Shown here: positions 59,962 to 64,000 of the stretch, piece after piece | Position numbering within the stretch: position 1 is the first letter of the stretch | How the letters are laid out: each line of letters begins with the position of its first letter | IMG/VR virus record: IMGVR_UViG_3300035661_000011 | Location: 64,001 to 128,000 of that record | Source of the DNA: a virus | Reading direction: 5' to 3' (one strand) | Length of the DNA stretch: 64,000 nucleotides | Translations under genes and position numbers: made by a program | The notes under the pieces: generated by a model | Seen by the model: the letters and a program-made list of their open reading frames with translations, nothing else | Told to the model about the DNA's origin: nothing | Database searches by the model: none

Positions 59962-61467
59962 ATGAGATTTGGAGATAAAATTACACCAATCCCAACAGTA
60001 GCACCAGCATTTAATGTTGGCGGAATGTTAGATATACCAACTGGAACATATTACATTGGTAAATACGGACAAAGTGTTCTCAATGGTGGTTTCGGTGATA
60101 GCGCATCTATAGTGGGCGTTGGTAATAGTTATAAGTCTACACTCGTGGCGGCAATTCATTTAATCGTAGTAGAGCGTATTGCTCAAGCTGAGAATATAAA
60201 CTACGATACGGAAAATGTTCACACATATATGCGCACTATGGCGTTATGTAAACGTTTACCAAATCTAAGTCAAATTGATTTTTGTAATCCAGCTGATGAA
60301 AGACGTAATCGCGTAATGACTACATCGTCTAGTACGATTGATGGAAATGGTAAGATTTTATACGGTGATAGATTCCATGAGCAAGTAGCTAAGTATGCAC
60401 GAGAAGTGTATGCTCAGAAGAAACCGGTCTGGTACACCACTCCATTCAGAGAAGGACTTAAACCTATTATGATGCGTGCACCAACCACTGTGTCATACGA
60501 TTCTTTTTCAAAGATGAAGTTTTCAGGAATTGAAGAGGGTAAAAAAGATGACCATAAAATCGGTGATAGTGAACGTAACACTGTGTCATTAGATGAGGGT
60601 AGATTAAAGACTCAGATGAACAATGAAATGCCAGGTTTAAGTAGACTTGGTGAACTTAGAATTACCATGACCGCACACACTGACAAAAGTGTTAACATGG
60701 AAGGGAAATACGCCACAGAGAAACCAAAATTAACACACGGTAAAAAAGATTACCAGATTAAAGGTGTTGGTACTGCATTTATGCAAATTAACGAATGGAT
60801 TTTAGATATACAAAGTTCAGTGAAGTTAGAAGATAAAGATAAGTGTCCAGAGTACCCATTAGATGATTCTGAAAGAAATGACCGTTGTAAAGATTTAAAT
60901 CTAATCACCGCTGTAATTACCCGTAACAAAAAAGGTGCTAGTGGCACTGTATTAAAATTGGTAGTATCACAAAGTGAAGGGTATTTACCACACGTCAGTA
61001 TGTTTCGTTTACTTAAAGAAGATGATTATGGTCTAATTAAAAAAGGTCATCATTATTCATCTATGTTACTACCAGATGTTTCATTGCAAAGGACTACTTT
61101 ACGGAAGCAAATAAATGAAAATTATGCTTTACGTAGAGCGTTAGAAATTACATCTGAAATGTTACAAATGCAGTATTTGTTTTCTCCTGCTGGAAAGCAA
61201 TATTTATGTACCCCTGAAGACCTCTACAACGATTTAATAGCTATGGGTTACGATTGGGATACACTACTTAATAAAACCAGAGGATACTGGATTTTTGAGG
61301 AAGAAGATAACAATAACTTACCGTTCCTTTCCACTATGGATTTACTCCGTATGAGAGGTGGTGTGTATACACCATACTGGTTAAAACAACCATACATTAA
61401 ACAAGCTAGCGGATACTTAAAAGAAATTTTAAGTACAATTCCTGAATCCCAATTAAGAGATAAATAA
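59962..61467 (+). CDS. uvsX: UvsX/RecA-like recombinase (phiKZ gp152-like)
   Basis: NVGGMLDIPTG, Walker A GVGNSYKST, YDTE, YDSFS, MTAH, RNKKGASG. Confidence 0.85.
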   Translation: MRFGDKITPIPTVAPAFNVGGMLDIPTGTYYIGKYGQSVLNGGFGDSASIVGVGNSYKSTLVAAIHLIVVERIAQAENINYDTENVHTYMRTMALCKRLPNLSQIDFCNPADERRNRVMTTSSSTIDGNGKILYGDRFHEQVAKYAREVYAQKKPVWYTTPFREGLKPIMMRAPTTVSYDSFSKMKFSGIEEGKKDDHKIGDSERNTVSLDEGRLKTQMNNEMPGLSRLGELRITMTAHTDKSVNMEGKYATEKPKLTHGKKDYQIKGVGTAFMQINEWILDIQSSVKLEDKDKCPEYPLDDSERNDRCKDLNLITAVITRNKKGASGTVLKLVVSQSEGYLPHVSMFRLLKEDDYGLIKKGHHYSSMLLPDVSLQRTTLRKQINENYALRRALEITSEMLQMQYLFSPAGKQYLCTPEDLYNDLIAMGYDWDTLLNKTRGYWIFEEEDNNNLPFLSTMDLLRMRGGVYTPYWLKQPYIKQASGYLKEILSTIPESQLRDK

Positions 61468-61468
61468 A

Positions 61469-61780
61469 ATGAAACAAGAATACATCAATAGCGTATTGTG
61501 TCTTATTGAAAAAGACATTGAAGAAACATACGGAAGTCGCAGTGTAAATAAATTACGGGCTGTAATAAACGCTACGTCTAATGGAGAAACCCTTAGAGTG
61601 GCTAATGGTGGAAGTCATCAAATTAGTTGGTTAAATTCTACATTAACTGACATCTTGTGTCAATTTGACAATACTACAGAAACCAGACTTTGGTTAGAGG
61701 ATACAGCTGATGTCCCAGCGTATGTATCAATGTTTAAAGAAAATGTAACCCCTACACTCCGTGAATTAAAAATCATCTAA
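61469..61780 (+). CDS. Hypothetical protein
   Basis: 103 aa, tightly coupled in operon. Confidence 0.6.
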   Translation: MKQEYINSVLCLIEKDIEETYGSRSVNKLRAVINATSNGETLRVANGGSHQISWLNSTLTDILCQFDNTTETRLWLEDTADVPAYVSMFKENVTPTLRELKII

Positions 61781-61789
61781 GGTACACTT

Positions 61790-62458
61790 ATGTCTAAAAG
61801 AAAAGAAGCCACAGCGTACTGGTTAGCTCTAATGAAAGAGTGTAAACCAGGAAATAGAAATATTGCTGTATACGATAAATACCTCAATGGGTTATCTGAT
61901 AAAGAGTTCAGTAATTTAATGTTAGAAACTTGTGAAAAGGGTGGTGTAACACTACCTTATACTTGTCCTAATATTGAAGACCCGGATGTAGAGATTGAGA
62001 CTTGTTTCAAGATTGCAAAACGTTTAAAGATAAACTTCTTTCAGCGTATAATTGAAACAAGCCCTGTAACTGGGGTTAAAAAGATGTCACCTGTAGCATA
62101 CCCTGTATTACGTGCCCAAGTGCGTAGACAGTCACAACATGTTACTAAAGGTAAGTCTGTAGCTGAAAACACACGGTTTACGGATAACTTATCAGGTCAA
62201 GCAATCGGCATATCTAAAACGGCTAAGATATCACAACCTGAATTAGGTGTATTAAAAGACCAAGGTCAAGTCCACGCTATATACGAATTCACAGGAGTTC
62301 GTGGTGGTAACACTAAAGGTTTACGTGAAGCTAAACGCACACTTATAAACAATGGGTCGTATAGTTTAGAAGATATTAAAAAACTAGGTACTCGTTCCGA
62401 ATCACTAGCCACAGCTAATATGATTTTTCGTGGGATGATGTATAAGTCAAATCTATAA
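61790..62458 (+). CDS. Virion RNA polymerase beta C-terminal subunit (phiKZ gp149-like)
   Basis: FFQRI, VRRQSQHVTK, DNLSGQ...SK...ISQPE, E...VRGG. Confidence 0.8.
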   Translation: MSKRKEATAYWLALMKECKPGNRNIAVYDKYLNGLSDKEFSNLMLETCEKGGVTLPYTCPNIEDPDVEIETCFKIAKRLKINFFQRIIETSPVTGVKKMSPVAYPVLRAQVRRQSQHVTKGKSVAENTRFTDNLSGQAIGISKTAKISQPELGVLKDQGQVHAIYEFTGVRGGNTKGLREAKRTLINNGSYSLEDIKKLGTRSESLATANMIFRGMMYKSNL

Positions 62459-62470
62459 CAAGGTGTACAA

Positions 62471-63226
62471 ATGCGTCCATTAAAAATATTAGTTGGGTTA
62501 GATAGTCTACTCGATACACGCTTGGTTTGTGTTGGTATGATAAATCCAGACCACGTAATACCATTGTTAAAACGCGGATATAGAGAACGGATGCATAACA
62601 AGTTATCATTGATTTTACCTGAGATTAACGATGAAGCTGTAGAAGCATTGTTTGCTGAACGCGATATGCCTATGGTGAAACTATCTCGTAGTACAAATAT
62701 TGTGCACCTGTTAGCTGAACGTATAGTCGAATCTCAAATATCTGGTGATACAAGACCCGATAGCAGAGAGATTACGATTATATTAAACACGTATCCGTAC
62801 TCTATATCAAAACAAGAAGTGTTAGCTTTTGCAAATGGTTTATCAGAAGTGTTTAAAACAAAAAAGATAACTCGGGTACATTTACCTACCGAAGAACTAA
62901 CACCGAAATATTTACGTGAAAACTATAGTCGTTATATAACACACGACTTAAACGAATGGCTAGGTGTACATCAGGTAAACTTAATAGAAGACCCAATGCC
63001 ACTGTTTACAATTATCTCACCGAAGTGTATACTAGACCCCGTAAAGTTTACTGACATTATAGATGCAGATAATAAAGGTGATAAAGACCATTACAACAAA
63101 TGCTTCGATGTTGTTTTTGAGTCGTTAAAAAGAAATACTTCGAAGTATGTAGAACTAGAATTCTGTCCACTAGCAGATTTCTCAATGACAATCCCACATT
63201 CAGCTGTAAGTAAAGAAAAGGAATAG
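62471..63226 (+). CDS. Conserved protein, phiKZ gp147-like (HAD-like N-terminus)
   Basis: LDSLLDTR and LNTYPY motifs; synteny. Confidence 0.65.
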   Translation: MRPLKILVGLDSLLDTRLVCVGMINPDHVIPLLKRGYRERMHNKLSLILPEINDEAVEALFAERDMPMVKLSRSTNIVHLLAERIVESQISGDTRPDSREITIILNTYPYSISKQEVLAFANGLSEVFKTKKITRVHLPTEELTPKYLRENYSRYITHDLNEWLGVHQVNLIEDPMPLFTIISPKCILDPVKFTDIIDADNKGDKDHYNKCFDVVFESLKRNTSKYVELEFCPLADFSMTIPHSAVSKEKE

Positions 63227-63229
63227 TTT

Positions 63230-63535
63230 ATGTTGTCCGATGAAGAGATTCAATCCTTGTTAGAAACGCATAGTGGTTTAACACTACTATACTTTATGCA
63301 CGATAACTGTGCTCCATGTAAAGTATTTAAACCAATTGTTAATAAAGTAATTGACTCGTACAATGGTCGTATTACACTTGCGGTGGTTGATGTTACACAA
63401 AGTGTGATTGCTAGAAATTACAGTGTGCGAAGTGTTCCAACTGTTATGTTATTTAAAGATGGGGTTTTAGTTGAAACTCACTCCGGTACTATGTCTGAAG
63501 TAGAATTTAGTACGATGCTAAAAGTTAATTTGTAA
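63230..63535 (+). CDS. Thioredoxin
   Basis: CAPCK active site, VRSVPTVMLFKDG. Confidence 0.9.
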   Translation: MLSDEEIQSLLETHSGLTLLYFMHDNCAPCKVFKPIVNKVIDSYNGRITLAVVDVTQSVIARNYSVRSVPTVMLFKDGVLVETHSGTMSEVEFSTMLKVNL

Positions 63536-63545
63536 ATTAAATTGT

Positions 63546-63583
63546 CATGTACAGTGCCTACGTTAACGTAGGCACTGTACATG
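63546..63583. terminator. 38-bp perfect palindrome
   Basis: CATGTACAGTGCCTACGTT|AACGTAGGCACTGTACATG. Confidence 0.75.
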
Positions 63584-63597
63584 TTCATTTTCTTTAA

Positions 63598-63612
63598 AGA
63601 CATATATTATCT
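63598..63612 (+). promoter_or_regulatory. Putative early promoter motif, copy 10
   Basis: AGACATATATTATCT. Confidence 0.75.
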
Positions 63613-63748
63613 AGTTGTATAAACAATTTACTAAAGTAACTATGTGTTATTAACGTAACATTTTATCATCTTTTTATATTTAATACAGTTATTGTTTATA
63701 CAGGTAACATACATTGTATCAATATTTTTTCACCTAATGGAGTCAACT

Positions 63749-64000
63749 ATGTCACGAATTTCAAACTCTGGGTTTAATTACCTACTAAATATACTTAGCA
63801 CTATCGTTAGACAAGATGTACGCTATCTAAGCTGTGCGTTCCAAATGTACCAGCTGAAACATGAAACACAATCTGTATTATTAGCCGTAAATCCTCCCAA
63901 TTTCGAATACGACTTAATCACTTCGGAATCACAGTGGCAAGCGATTAAAGATAAAATGCACACTATGCCGATTGTCACACAAGTGCATCCAAGACTACTG
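63749..64000 (+). CDS. Hypothetical protein (partial, runs off window end)
   Basis: GGAG SD, ATG 63749, open to the window end (MSRISNSGFNYLL...). Confidence 0.55.
   Translation, partial: MSRISNSGFNYLLNILSTIVRQDVRYLSCAFQMYQLKHETQSVLLAVNPPNFEYDLITSESQWQAIKDKMHTMPIVTQVHPRLL

Noticed and set aside
11207-62458. Inteins or introns in helicase, RNAP subunits, UvsX or SbcC
   Set aside because: Protein lengths look ordinary for these families and no intein splice motifs or homing endonuclease ORFs were seen.
4497-63583. Palindromes as a CRISPR array, REP/MITE family or protelomerase sites
   Set aside because: Arms share no primary sequence, copies are dispersed singly at gene ends, and no cas, transposase or protelomerase gene is in the window.
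1-64000. Stop-codon reassignment
   Set aside because: Core genes are full length in the standard code, and TAA, TAG and TGA all terminate genes at tight operon junctions.

Overview
AT-rich, densely coding 64 kb segment of a phiKZ-like jumbo myophage (Chimalliviridae-type gene set), read in the standard genetic code. It carries the conserved core block: inner-head proteins, DnaB helicase, major capsid protein, non-virion RNA polymerase subunit, RuvC, portal, tail-fibre/baseplate genes, RNase H, SbcC, UvsX/RecA, a virion RNA polymerase subunit and thioredoxin. Accessory cassettes are interleaved with the core. phiKZ gp numbers are assigned from recalled motifs and synteny, not from a database search. 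Main observations beyond the gene list: (1) 20 intergenic inverted repeats of 28-38 nt with unrelated arm sequences, 14 of them perfect zero-spacer palindromes; (2) ten copies of a 15-bp promoter-like motif A(A/G)ACATATAT(T/C)ATCT, all on the + strand and nearly all followed at once by a small stem-loop, which together with the palindromes define insulated early cassettes; (3) cassette cargo that includes apparent mimics of host proteins (an RNAP alpha-CTD and a catalytically dead GyrB ATPase domain) and an expanded unknown ~130-aa domain family; (4) an ADP-ribose/NAD-processing set (NADAR-like domain fused to RNase H, macrodomain, SLOG, degenerate nucleoside deoxyribosyltransferase-like protein); (5) a four-gene Ala-rich paralog cluster with an exact 52-bp duplication; (6) a candidate structured small RNA. 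No tRNA, rRNA, CRISPR array or transposase was seen.
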